Assembly (NCBI GenBank): GCA_052144275.1 | Contig: JBKQQQ010001039.1 | Span: 1-41,493 of the forward strand | Direction of reading: 5' to 3' | Length of the DNA: 41,493 bases | From: Streptosporangiaceae bacterium | GTDB taxonomy: Bacteria > Actinomycetota > Actinomycetes > Streptosporangiales > Streptosporangiaceae | Part shown: piece by piece, positions 17,996 through 29,070 of the stretch | How the letters are laid out: every line of letters begins with the position of its first letter | How positions within the stretch are numbered: the first letter of the stretch is position 1 | Program-made: the position numbers and the translations under genes | Notes under the pieces: model-generated | Seen by the model: only the letters and a program-made list of their open reading frames with translations | Told to the model about the DNA's origin: nothing | The model's database searches: none

Positions 17996-18441
17996 GTACC
18001 TTTTGTAGTGTTTAACCTCAAGTTCACAAGAGGCAGTAGGCCCGAGACGGGCGATCCGATGATCACCGCGGACGGGCGGCCAGTACCCCGGCCTGTGCAT
18101 CCTGCTCCAGGGACCCGGAAAGCTCGCCCTGGACGAGTCGCGGCCTATTTCCTGAGCTGCTTCTCCTCGGCCTCCTCGGAATGAGCATCCGCAACGAGGT
18201 GGCCCATGGCTTCGTCACCGAAATCAGCCCGGTATACGCCGCACTGATCCTCCGCGCCGCCCTGCTGATCACTGTCGTCGCGCCGCAGCTTCCATCGGCG
18301 GCCCGCGCCGCCAGCCGCGAGAACGACCATGCAGCTGATCAGGGTCCGGGAGGCGTCCAACTCACCCTTTCTCGCCCATCGAAGCCCGGCCCGCCGTCCG
18401 GCGACGTTGCCGCGCCGGGCCGCACGGGCCGCAATCTGTTC

Positions 18442-19329
18442 TCAGCGGACGGTGAAGGTGCCGGCCATGCCTTCCCGGGCGTGGCCGGGGACCGGGCACA
18501 GGTACTGGTAACTGCCGGGCGTGGTGGCGGTGAAGGCGAGGGTCCCGGCGTGCATCCCGGCGGTGGTGGGCTTGCCGAGGAACCACAGCGCCGACCCGGT
18601 GAAGGCGGGGGCGGCGGTCATCATCGGCATGTCCGAGCGCGCGGCGCCCGCAGGCATGATGACCAGCCCGTGCGCCATGTCATCGTCGGCGTTGATCAGC
18701 TCGATGGTAACGTGCGCCCCGGCCGGGACGATGACCGAGGGATCGGTCATCCCGGCGATGCGGAACGACTCGGCGGGCATCGACGGGGAGGCGAGCACGG
18801 CGAAGCTGACGTTCGTGGTGGTGAAGGTGATGATGCGGGCCGCCCGGTCGATGCCGGCCCCGGCCGGGACCTGCCCGCCGAGCTGCCGCGCGGCCGCCGG
18901 GCTGACCCGGGGGCCAGGGGCGCTGGCGAACAGCGTGCCCATGACCGTGCCGGGGTCAGTGCCGCCGATGCCCATCATGCCGGCGGGCAGGGTGCCGCCG
19001 CGCATCCAGCCCGGCGCGCCGGTGCCGCCGGTCATCCACTGGTAGCCGGCCTGGCTCATCATCCAGCCGTCGGACGAGCCGCCGCCCATCATCGTCCCGC
19101 CGCCGTAGTAGCCGCTCATCATCGACCGGTACCAGGAATAGCTGGGGCTGGAGTAGGCGGCGGGACTGCCTGCAGCGGCGGGAACGACCGGGGATGCGGC
19201 CGCGGGCGGGGACGCGGCGGTGGCGGGCTGGCCGGGCGAGCCGCCAGCGGCGATCGCCACCCCGGTTCCCAGGCCGGCCGCGGCCAGGACCGCGGCGCCG
19301 GCCAGGACGCTGATCCGGTTGCGCGTCAT
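18442..19329 (-). CDS. secreted Met/Gly-rich cupredoxin (type-1 copper site)
   Basis: A signal peptide (MTRNRISVLAGAAVLAAAGLGTG) is followed by an M/G/W/Y-rich region (SMMSGYYGGGTMMGGGSSDGWMMSQAGYQWM...). The C-terminal cupredoxin has ligands in DDMAHG and YLCPVPGHAREGM. Confidence 0.8.
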   Translation of the reverse strand: MTRNRISVLAGAAVLAAAGLGTGVAIAAGGSPGQPATAASPPAAASPVVPAAAGSPAAYSSPSYSWYRSMMSGYYGGGTMMGGGSSDGWMMSQAGYQWMTGGTGAPGWMRGGTLPAGMMGIGGTDPGTVMGTLFASAPGPRVSPAAARQLGGQVPAGAGIDRAARIITFTTTNVSFAVLASPSMPAESFRIAGMTDPSVIVPAGAHVTIELINADDDMAHGLVIMPAGAARSDMPMMTAAPAFTGSALWFLGKPTTAGMHAGTLAFTATTPGSYQYLCPVPGHAREGMAGTFTVR

Positions 19330-19485
19330 TCATGATCTCCGTTCCGTCGTCCTGTCCCGCTCCGGGACTGTGCGAGCCGTCCGGGGTTCGTGCCGCTGCC
19401 CGGCGGGTCAGCTCCTGTTCACGGTGCGCCGCAGGTTCCCCGGAGGGCAGGGCCGTCCGGCCCGCCCCCGGGGGACCGAGGTCAC

Positions 19486-19500
19486 TACCCCTGCCGGGTA
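19486..19500. promoter_or_regulatory. palindrome TACCC-N5-GGGTA (CsoR-type, 5-nt spacer) in the cupredoxin/SHOCT divergent region
   Basis: The site reads TACCCCTGCCGGGTA. It overlaps a second hairpin, CCCCTGCC-N7-GGCAGGGG (19488-19510). Confidence 0.4.
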
Positions 19501-19668
19501 TTGGCAGGGGTGGGAACAGCTGCCTGGCCGTGCAGCCAAAGGACCCCCTGGCCCTGAGGATGCCGGGCGGTGCCGGACCTGGAACCGGCGCCGAGCGCGG
19601 TCGCGATGATGAGCCCTGCGATGACGGCGGTGGTGGCCCGCGGGATGAGCGGCCGGGGGTGCGCGCTC

Positions 19669-20038
19669 ATGACCGTCAGCCTGATCGTGCTATGGGGCGC
19701 GGTGATCTTCGGAATCGTGGCGCTGGTCCGCCACGCCGCCCGCGGCGGCCAGCTGTCGGCAGCCCTGCCATAGCGGCAGACTCCGGGAGGAACTGCTCGC
19801 CGAGCGGTCCGCTCGCGGCGAGATCAGCGAAGACGAATACCGGCAGCGCCTGGCGGTGCTGCGGGGCGAGGGCCACCCCGCCGCCGGCCAGGCCCGCCCA
19901 CCGGGACAAGCGCCCGAAGGATCCGGAATCCCGGTCTCCGGGCGCTTAAGCCCTCGCCCTTACTGGTCACGGGTCCTCCTCTGCCCCCCTGACCGCCGGC
20001 ATGACCCAGTCCAGCCACGTCGGCTCGTTTTCGTATAG
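19669..20038 (+). pseudogene. small TM plus SHOCT-domain protein, frameshifted
   Basis: A TM helix (MTVSLIVLWGAVIFGIVALV) is in one frame and stops at 19771-19773. The SHOCT-like segment REELLAERSARGEISEDEYRQRLAVLRGEG continues in the +1 frame from about 19784, with no start codon of its own. Confidence 0.45.
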
Positions 20039-20980
20039 CCCGGTCCACATCTCCGGTTCGGACTCCGCAGCGTGGTCGCTGGGGATGATGAACGTTTCCC
20101 GGGTCCTTTCCCCCAAGAACCGCCTGCGGAGGGCGATGCAGCATGCCGGAAGCCGGCATGTCTCGTCTTGCCCGTCCAGGCCTGAGGCTGCCGGACTGGA
20201 CAGCACGATGCCGTGGATGCTGCCGGTGGTCTGCATCGCCTCACAGGCACCCTCGGCCAGCGTCGCAGCCTTGCCCTCCAGGGACATGGCGGAGAGTTCC
20301 GAGGTGAACCAGGACTCGCCCGCGAACATGCCATCATCGAGTTCGCAGCGCAGCCACCCTCCGGCCTCGGCGGGCTGGCCGGCCTTGACGAAGATTCTGG
20401 CTGCTATCCGCTGCCACCCGTCAGCTGCCTTCTCCGGTGCGCCGGGAGTCCCCAGATGGCTTGCGACATCATCGGCCACGCTGAGGCGGAGGCACTCCAC
20501 CCCGATCGGTGTACCTGCGTCCGACAGCATTACGTCGGGTTTCCAGCGGCCCGGACCCTGACCTGCTTCGAGGGCGGCAGTGCCGCTCCGCCTTTTCTCA
20601 AGGGCCGCGACCTCAAGCTGCAGGTTCGCGTGGCCCATGACTCCTGGCTCCAGCTGGGTGCGCATGTGCCGGCGGACGTCAGCCAGTCCTGGTGACCCGG
20701 TGAGCAGCCGCAGCCGCGCGGCGAGTTCCACGGTGGACGCCAGCTGCGGGAGCCGGTATGGAGCGAGCACGAACTTCAGGTAAGGACCCGACCTGGCCTG
20801 GAACCTGCCGGGCCAGTCCTCGCCGAGTGCCTCAGCCAGGACCTCGGTGGCCCATATCCCATCGCGTTTCCACCGCCCGGTGAAGCCGCTGTTACCGATC
20901 TGCGCGCCAAGCTCACCAAACGTCCTGACCTGGCCGATCGCCTCTTTCAGTTCCGCGGCAGGACCGACAGCACCACTCAT
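19967..20980 (-). CDS. hypothetical protein (orphan, lower GC than surroundings)
   Basis: The 337-aa ORF runs from ATG 20980, with an alternative ATG at 21007. The family is not recognised. The segment LQLEVAAL...KPDVML...IGVECLRL weakly resembles a PD-(D/E)xK core. The N-terminal extension of the 477-aa ORF is rejected because it overlaps the permease fragment. Confidence 0.55.
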   Translation of the reverse strand: MSGAVGPAAELKEAIGQVRTFGELGAQIGNSGFTGRWKRDGIWATEVLAEALGEDWPGRFQARSGPYLKFVLAPYRLPQLASTVELAARLRLLTGSPGLADVRRHMRTQLEPGVMGHANLQLEVAALEKRRSGTAALEAGQGPGRWKPDVMLSDAGTPIGVECLRLSVADDVASHLGTPGAPEKAADGWQRIAARIFVKAGQPAEAGGWLRCELDDGMFAGESWFTSELSAMSLEGKAATLAEGACEAMQTTGSIHGIVLSSPAASGLDGQDETCRLPACCIALRRRFLGERTRETFIIPSDHAAESEPEMWTGLYENEPTWLDWVMPAVRGAEEDP

Positions 20981-21127
20981 GACGGCTCCAGTGGGGGCTG
21001 TATGCATCCGGGGCCGGCCGGGCCTGCGGTACGGCAGGATGGTACGTCCCGGCCATATGGCTGCATTCGGCCTGGCCGCCAGCATGTTTATCGCGGGCGA
21101 AGCCGAGCCGGAGGACTCAATTCTAAG

Positions 21128-21420
21128 ATGGCCGCCTTCCTGCTGGGCACCTTCTTCGCCGCGATGGCCGCAGCCGGGTACGTGATCGAGCTGGTCTTCG
21201 GAGGCCTCGGGCTGGTCCCGGGCCGGGCCGCCGCCACGATCCCGGTCGGCGGCGTGTTCTGGGACTACACCACCTGGCTCAACATCGTCTTCCTCATCCT
21301 CGCCGGTGCCCTCGTCATCCGGTTCGCCCGCACTGGCGGCGGCATGACGCTGAAGATGATGGGCGGCGCGCCCGAGCCGGCCGGCGCCGGAGGCGGCCAC
21401 GCGGCCACGCCCGCCGCGGC
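21128..21420 (+). pseudogene. C-terminal fragment of a polytopic permease (DUF318/ArsP-like family often linked to metal loci)
   Basis: AAFLLGTFFAAMAAAGYVIELVFGGLGLVP...WDYTTWLNIVFLILAGALVIRFARTGGGMTLKMMGG matches, from memory, the last ~80 residues of actinobacterial 'permease' proteins. The 5' part is absent, with the boundary at about 21120 next to the orphan gene. The true stop is unclear. Confidence 0.4.
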
Positions 21421-21495
21421 GTGCACGGCATGGACGCGATGGATGCGGGCGGCAGGGACGAAGGTCATGCCCATCCGGGTCAGGCGACCCGAAAA

Positions 21496-21510
21496 TACCC
21501 TGCCAGGGTA
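21496..21510. promoter_or_regulatory. palindrome TACCC-N5-GGGTA (CsoR-type, 5-nt spacer) upstream of copA
   Basis: The site reads TACCCTGCCAGGGTA and lies 220 bp upstream of the copA ATG. Confidence 0.4.
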
Positions 21511-21730
21511 CGGTAAGTTCATAGGCGACTGGAGAGAGGCGTGTACGGGCACCGCTGGCCGCCGACGCGGTTGCGGCCGCCCTGGACGAGGCCGCAGATT
21601 ACCAGCTAGCCCGGGTAGCACGCCGATGCGGAAGACGAGGATCCGCTGGAGGCGTCACTTTCCGTCCAGGTGCTGTGAATTCCCCTGAACGGGCGGTGGT
21701 GACTGCATCATACGAAGGGAGCACGCGCGG

Positions 21731-24070
21731 ATGACGGCCATCGCGGGCGAGCGTCGTTCGGCCGAGCTGGCGATCGGCGGGATGACCTGCGCGTCATGCG
21801 CGGCGCGGATCGAGAAGAAGCTAAACAAGATGGACGGAGTCACCGCGGCCGTGAACTTCGCCACCGAGAAGGCGTCGGTCAGCTTCCCCCCCGTGGTCAG
21901 CCCGGAAGACCTGATCTCGGTCGTCGAGCAGGCCGGCTATACGGCCGCGTTGCCTGTTCCGCGGGCAGCGGAGTCCAGGCCGGCGGCTGAGCCGGATGAG
22001 ACGGCCGGGCTGCGGCAGCGGCTGCTCGTCTCGCTGATCCTGGCGGTGCCGGTCGTGGTGCTGGCGATGGTGCCAGCGCTGCAGTTCCGTAACTGGCAAT
22101 GGCTGTCGCTGGCGCTGGCCGCGCCGGTGGCGGTATGGGGGGCGTGGCCGTTCCACCGGGCAGCGCTGGTCAACGCGCGGCACCGCGCCGCTACCATGGA
22201 CACCCTGATCTCGGCCGGCGTGACCGCCGCGTTCGCCTGGTCGGTGTACGCGCTGTTGTTCACCGGCGCGGGCATGCCAGGGATGCGGATGAGCTTCACC
22301 ATGCTGGCGCAGCACGCCGGGACATCTGGCATTTACCTGGACGCGGCCGCGGGGGTGACCGTGCTGATCCTGCTGGGCCGCTACCTCGAGGCCCGCGCCA
22401 AGCGGCGCTCCGGCGCGGCGCTGCGGGCGCTGGCATCCCTGGGTGCCAAGGACGCCGCGGTGCTGCGCGATGGCCGGGAGATCCGGGTCCCGGCGGAGCA
22501 ACTGGCGGCCGGGGACCTGTTCGTGGTCCGCCCGGGGGAGAAGATCGCCGCCGACGGGGTAGTGGAGTCCGGCAGTTCCGCGGTGGACACCTCGATGCTG
22601 ACCGGCGAGCCGGTCCCCGCGGAAGTGACGGCGGGAGACGCGGTGACCGGCGGGTGCGTGAACACCAGCGGCCGGCTCGTGGTCCGCGCCACCCGGGTCG
22701 GCGCCGATACCCAGCTCGCCCAGATCACCCGCCTGGTGGAGCAGGCACAGGCAGGCAAGGCGCCGGTGCAGCGGCTCGCCGACCGGGTCTCCGCGATCTT
22801 CGTCCCGGTCGTCATCGGCATCGCGGTGGCGACCCTGGCCGCCTGGCTGGTCACCGGGCAGGGCCCAGGCGCGGCGTTCACCGCCGCGGTCGCCGTCCTG
22901 ATCATCGCCTGCCCATGCGCGATGGGCCTGGCCACCCCGACCGCGATCCTGGTGGGTACCGGCCGGGGCGCCCAGCTCGGCATCCTGATCAAGGGACCGG
23001 AGGTGCTGGAGTCCACCCGGACGATCGACACCATCGTGCTGGACAAGACCGGCACGATCACCACCGGGACGATGTCGCTCGCCGACGCTGCCGCCGCGCC
23101 GGGCGAGGACGTGAGCGAACTGCTGCGGCTGGCCGGCGCCGCCGAGGACCCCTCGGGCCACCCCATCGCCGCTGCGATCGCCGACGGCGCACGGGCCCGG
23201 CTCGGCTCCGGCCTGCCGGACACCGAGGAGTTCGCCAGCCTGCACGGTCTCGGCATCACCGCCGTGGTCGGCGGGCGCGCGGTCGCCGTCGGACGGGCTT
23301 CCTGGGTGGAGGGCGAATGGGCGCAGCGCATCCCGCCCGCGCTAGCGGACCGCGCGGCGCAAGCCGAAGCGGCCGGGCAGACCGCGGTGTTCGCCGGCTG
23401 GGACGGCCGCGTCCGCGGCCTGCTGGTCATCGCCGACACGGTCAAGCCCACCTCCGCCGAGGCGATCACGCGGCTGCGCGGGATGGGGCTGCGCCCGGTG
23501 CTGCTGACCGGCGACAACGAGCGTGCCGCCCGCGCCGTGGCCGGCCAGGTGGGCATCGGTGAGGTGATCGCCGGCGTCCTGCCCGCCGGCAAGGCCGCGG
23601 TCATCAAGGAACTGCAGGCGGCCGGGCGGGTCGTGGCCATGGCCGGGGACGGGGTCAACGACGCCGCCGCGCTCGCCCAGGCTGACCTCGGCCTGGCCAT
23701 GGGTACCGGCACCGACGCCGCGATCGAGGCCTCCGACCTCACCCTGGTCCGCGGCGACCTGCGCGCCGTCCCGGATGCCATCTTGCTGTCGCGCCGCACC
23801 CTGCGCACGATCAAGGGCAACCTGTTCTGGGCCTTCGCCTATAACACCGCCGCGATCCCGCTTGCCGCGCTGGGATTCCTCAGCCCGCTGATCGCCGGGG
23901 CCGCCATGGCGTTCAGTTCGGTGTTCGTGGTCACCAACAGCCTGCGGCTGCGCCGCTTCTGCCCGCCGCCAGCCCGTCCGCCCGCATCTGACCAGGGACG
24001 CTGGCATGGGCGTGGCGACCCGGGGCCCGTCGCCGCCGCCGGAGGCATTTGGGGAGCGGCCGGGCTATGA
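21731..24070 (+). CDS. copA: copper-translocating P1B-type ATPase
   Basis: The N-terminal HMA domain has [15 protein letters not shown]. The TM6 CPC motif ([13 protein letters not shown]), DKTGTIT, the TGEP-type loop (MLTGEP) and [10 protein letters not shown] are also present. Confidence 0.95.
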   Translation: MTAIAGERRSAELAIGGMTCASCAARIEKKLNKMDGVTAAVNFATEKASVSFPPVVSPEDLISVVEQAGYTAALPVPRAAESRPAAEPDETAGLRQRLLVSLILAVPVVVLAMVPALQFRNWQWLSLALAAPVAVWGAWPFHRAALVNARHRAATMDTLISAGVTAAFAWSVYALLFTGAGMPGMRMSFTMLAQHAGTSGIYLDAAAGVTVLILLGRYLEARAKRRSGAALRALASLGAKDAAVLRDGREIRVPAEQLAAGDLFVVRPGEKIAADGVVESGSSAVDTSMLTGEPVPAEVTAGDAVTGGCVNTSGRLVVRATRVGADTQLAQITRLVEQAQAGKAPVQRLADRVSAIFVPVVIGIAVATLAAWLVTGQGPGAAFTAAVAVLIIACPCAMGLATPTAILVGTGRGAQLGILIKGPEVLESTRTIDTIVLDKTGTITTGTMSLADAAAAPGEDVSELLRLAGAAEDPSGHPIAAAIADGARARLGSGLPDTEEFASLHGLGITAVVGGRAVAVGRASWVEGEWAQRIPPALADRAAQAEAAGQTAVFAGWDGRVRGLLVIADTVKPTSAEAITRLRGMGLRPVLLTGDNERAARAVAGQVGIGEVIAGVLPAGKAAVIKELQAAGRVVAMAGDGVNDAAALAQADLGLAMGTGTDAAIEASDLTLVRGDLRAVPDAILLSRRTLRTIKGNLFWAFAYNTAAIPLAALGFLSPLIAGAAMAFSSVFVVTNSLRLRRFCPPPARPPASDQGRWHGRGDPGPVAAAGGIWGAAGL

Positions 24071-24286
24071 CATCAGCGGACTCGCGGGCGGCTGGGAGCC
24101 GGAGCCGTCCGCCGGCACCGGCCAGCTGCTTGCCAGCCTGGCCAGTGGCGGGTTCCGCTGTGAGCTGGCGCCGCGCCTGCTGCGCTCGGCATCGCCGAGG
24201 ACGAAGGCGGTCCCGCCGCCCGGATCGTCGGTTCCCTCCTGGCACTCTGGTAGCCGGTGCCCGATCGGCGGAGCCTGGCTCGGCGG

Positions 24287-25201
24287 TCACGCCAGCCCGG
24301 GGACGCTGCGGCACAGGGTGTAAATCGCCACCGCGACGAGCAGCGTGGTGAATGCGGCGGTCAGACGGGACGCATCGACCCGGGAGGCGATCCGGTTGCC
24401 GGCCAGTGCGCCGGCGAGCGCGGCCAGCGTGAACACGCCGAGCAGCGGCCAGTCCAGATGGACATGGCCGCCGAGGCGGGCGGCCAGCGCGGCGGCGCTG
24501 TTGATCGCGATGACCAGCAGCGAGGTGCCGACCGCGGCCGGCATCGCGAAGCCGAGCGCGAGCACCAGCGCCGGGACGATGACGAACCCGCCGCCCACGC
24601 CGAAGAACCCCGTCAGCAGCCCGACACCCATGGCAGCAACGACAATCTTCAGGCCCTTGGCGGCGTCCGGGCCGCGCAGCCGCTGCCAGCCGCCAGGCCC
24701 GGCCTGTGGCCGGGCCGCGAGCGCCGGCCTGTCCAGCGTGAGGGCTACCGGCCTGCCGCCACGGTCTGCGGCGGCCACGTCACCTGGCGGGATGGCGGGA
24801 GGAGCCGGCGGAACCTGTTCAGCGGGCGTGCGGTCACCGGCCGCGGGTCGCGGTCGGAGCAGCATGACTGCGGCGGCGGCCAGCATGAGCCCGGCGAACA
24901 AGGTGAGCAGCAGGTCCGGCTTGATGCCGGTGGCTAGCCGGGTGCCGGCGTAGGAGCCTGCCACGCCCAGAACCCCGAAGGCGACGCCCTGCGCCAGGCG
25001 GACCCGGCCGGCCCGGTAGTGGACGGCCACGCCCGCCAGCGCGGTGATCCCAACGATGAGCAGCGACCCGGTGGTGGCGGCGCGCGGTGACTGGTGCAGC
25101 AGGTAGACCAGGGCCGGGACGGTCAGGATGGACCCGCCGCCGCCCAGTGCGCCCAGCGACAGGCCGATCAGCAGCCCGGCGGGAATGGCGATGGCCAGCA
25201 T
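24287..25201 (-). CDS. sulfite exporter TauE/SafE-family membrane protein
   Basis: There are two homologous halves, each with the GxGGG motif (LGALGGGGSILTVPAL and FFGVGGGFVIVPAL). They are separated by a long Pro/Ala-rich loop. Confidence 0.85.
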   Translation of the reverse strand: MLAIAIPAGLLIGLSLGALGGGGSILTVPALVYLLHQSPRAATTGSLLIVGITALAGVAVHYRAGRVRLAQGVAFGVLGVAGSYAGTRLATGIKPDLLLTLFAGLMLAAAAVMLLRPRPAAGDRTPAEQVPPAPPAIPPGDVAAADRGGRPVALTLDRPALAARPQAGPGGWQRLRGPDAAKGLKIVVAAMGVGLLTGFFGVGGGFVIVPALVLALGFAMPAAVGTSLLVIAINSAAALAARLGGHVHLDWPLLGVFTLAALAGALAGNRIASRVDASRLTAAFTTLLVAVAIYTLCRSVPGLA

Positions 25202-25218
25202 GCGGAACCTCCTGCTCG

Positions 25219-25234
25219 ATACCCCTGGGGGTAT
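25219..25234. promoter_or_regulatory. CsoR/CstR-type operator ATACCCCTGGGGGTAT (N4 class), site 1
   Basis: This perfect palindrome lies 17 nt upstream of the tauE start codon. It is part of an identical 19-mer repeated at 25278. Confidence 0.6.
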
Positions 25235-25277
25235 CTTTTAGGCGACGAGCCTATCCGGACGCTGTCCGGTACCGCAA

Positions 25278-25293
25278 ATACCCCTGGGGGTAT
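25278..25293. promoter_or_regulatory. CsoR/CstR-type operator ATACCCCTGGGGGTAT (N4 class), site 2
   Basis: The sequence is identical to site 1 and lies 59 bp away in the tauE/PIG-L divergent region. Confidence 0.6.
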
Positions 25294-25500
25294 CTTCGGC
25301 GACCGTGGCTCGCCGGGCGAGCAGGGAACCTGATGAACCGGCGCGCCTCCACGAGGATGGCCGTATGCACTGCGGGTGCCTGGCGCGGCCGGCGTCCGCG
25401 ATGCCAGTCTTGCTCGCAGGGGCTTTGTGCCTGGTAGGGGTCATTGGTCCCCCGGACCCTGGGCGGAGGTCATTAGCCAGGCGGGCCAACCCGGCGTACA

Positions 25501-25516
25501 TTACCCCCGCGGGTAT
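25501..25516. promoter_or_regulatory. CsoR/CstR-type operator TTACCCCCGCGGGTAT (N4 class), site 3
   Basis: The TACCC-CCGC-GGGTA site lies 14 nt upstream of the ATG at 25531. Confidence 0.55.
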
Positions 25517-25530
25517 ACAGGAGACCGGTT

Positions 25531-26261
25531 ATGAATGTGACGCGACTGGTGAAAACAGGTGGCGGGCCGGCTGGCCGGCAGCTGCCGGCCTGGTCCGCTG
25601 CCCTGGTGGTGATCGCCCACCCCGATGACGAGAGCTTCGGGCTGGGCGCGGTGATCGACCAGCTGACGACGGCGGGCACGGCCGTGCACATCCTGTGCTA
25701 CACGCAGGGGAGGCATCCACCCTGAACGAGACCTGCGCCGATCTTCACAGCACCCGGGAGGACGAGCTCCGCCAGGCAGGCGCCGAGCTCGGGGTGGCCA
25801 GCGTCTCCCTGCTGGGCTATCCCGACGGCGGCCTGGCCGGCGTCGCGGCCGGCGAACTGGCCGCACTGGCCGCAGACGCCGCAGCCCGCGGCGCCGCCGA
25901 GGGCCTGCTCGTCTTCGACGACACCGGGATCACCGGCCACCCCGACCATCGCGCCGCCACGGCCGCCGCGGTGCTCGCCGGCCGGCGGGCCAGGCTGCCG
26001 GTCCTGGCGTGGGCGCTGCCCGCCGCCGTCGCCGGCCAGCTCGCGGCCGAGACCGGCCAGGGCTTCGCCGGGCAGCCACCCGGCCTGCTCGACCTGAGCG
26101 TGCGCGTCAGCAGGACCCGGCAGCGGCGGGCCGCCCTGCTGCACGCCAGCCAGATCTCGCCGGCCGCCGTGCTATGGCGGCGGCTGCAACTGCAGGGCGA
26201 CTGCGAGCACCTGCGCTGGCTCGTGCCGCCCGACGATATCGCCGCACCACCGCATCACTGA
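25531..26261 (+). pseudogene. PIG-L/LmbE-family deacetylase (MshB/Mca-like), split by a frameshift in a G-run
   Basis: The N-terminal ORF has the AHPDDESFG motif. It continues in another frame with GEASTLNE...LGYPDGG...TGHPDH. The break is at the GGGG run 25707-25710, and one extra G would restore LCYTQGEAST. Confidence 0.7.
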
Positions 26262-26385
26262 TCACGCCGGTTTCCGCGGTCGTCAGCTTGCCGCCATCCA
26301 CAGCGCCGTGAACACACCGGCTGCCCCACGGCGCCGCCGCCAGGGCAAGCCCTGGTGTACCGGGTCCGCACCCGGCAAGCAGCGC

Positions 26386-28447
<2,062 letters not shown>

Positions 28448-28505
28448 CCGCTACCCATCCAGCAGCGAGCAGCCAACCCCACGACCAGCCAGCCGGAAGG
28501 ATGCC

Positions 28506-28877
28506 ATGGACCTGACGTCGGCGGTGCAGAAGATCCTCAGCAGGCCCTACGGGAAGGTGTCCGCCGCGCAAGCAGCCGCTCTCGCGGACCGCGGCGCGAT
28601 CCTGCTCGACGTCCGCGAACCCCGCGAATGGCAAGCAGGCCACGCGCTGCGGGCACGCCACATCCCGCTGAGCCAGATCCCCCGGCGGGCAGCAGAACTG
28701 CCGGAGCGCCGCGCGGTGGTGACCGTGTGCCGCTCCGGCGCCCGGTCGGCCCGCGCCGCCTCACTGCTCGCCCGGGACGGCCGCGAGGTGTGGAACCTGG
28801 CCGGCGGGATGCACGCCTGGGCACGCGCCGGGCTGCCCGTCGTCGCCAAGGGCGGCGGTCGCGGCCACATCGCCTGA
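28506..28877 (+). CDS. single-domain rhodanese sulfurtransferase
   Basis: LLDVREPREWQAGHALRARHIPL is present, with active-site loop CRSGARS. The ORF is 123 aa. Confidence 0.85.
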   Translation: MDLTSAVQKILSRPYGKVSAAQAAALADRGAILLDVREPREWQAGHALRARHIPLSQIPRRAAELPERRAVVTVCRSGARSARAASLLARDGREVWNLAGGMHAWARAGLPVVAKGGGRGHIA

Positions 28878-29070
28878 GGCGCAGGCGGCCATGCCCGCGC
28901 AGCAGCTGGCAGAACAAGATCTGCGAACACCGGCCAGGTACTGGCCGTACCCGGCAGGAACGGAGAACCCAGGCAGGCTCCGCCTGATACCGCCGAGGTT
29001 GCGGGTTCCGCAGGCGTTCCCGTGCAGATGAGCGCATCCTCCGTTGGTAGGCCACGTTGCGGAGGTTGCC

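Noticed and set aside
18181-19335. A 384-aa plus-strand ORF opposite the cupredoxin gene.
   Set aside because: Beyond its first ~35 codons (kept as a possible HEPN-like remnant), it is a Gly/Arg/Asp shadow frame of the well-supported cupredoxin gene.
21541-21609. A 22-aa ORF (GTG start after GGAGAGAGG) in the copA upstream region, considered as a possible leader peptide or CopZ remnant.
   Set aside because: It has no Cys/Met/His metal motif, no similarity to CopZ (MxCxxC) and weak codon bias. It is too short to support.
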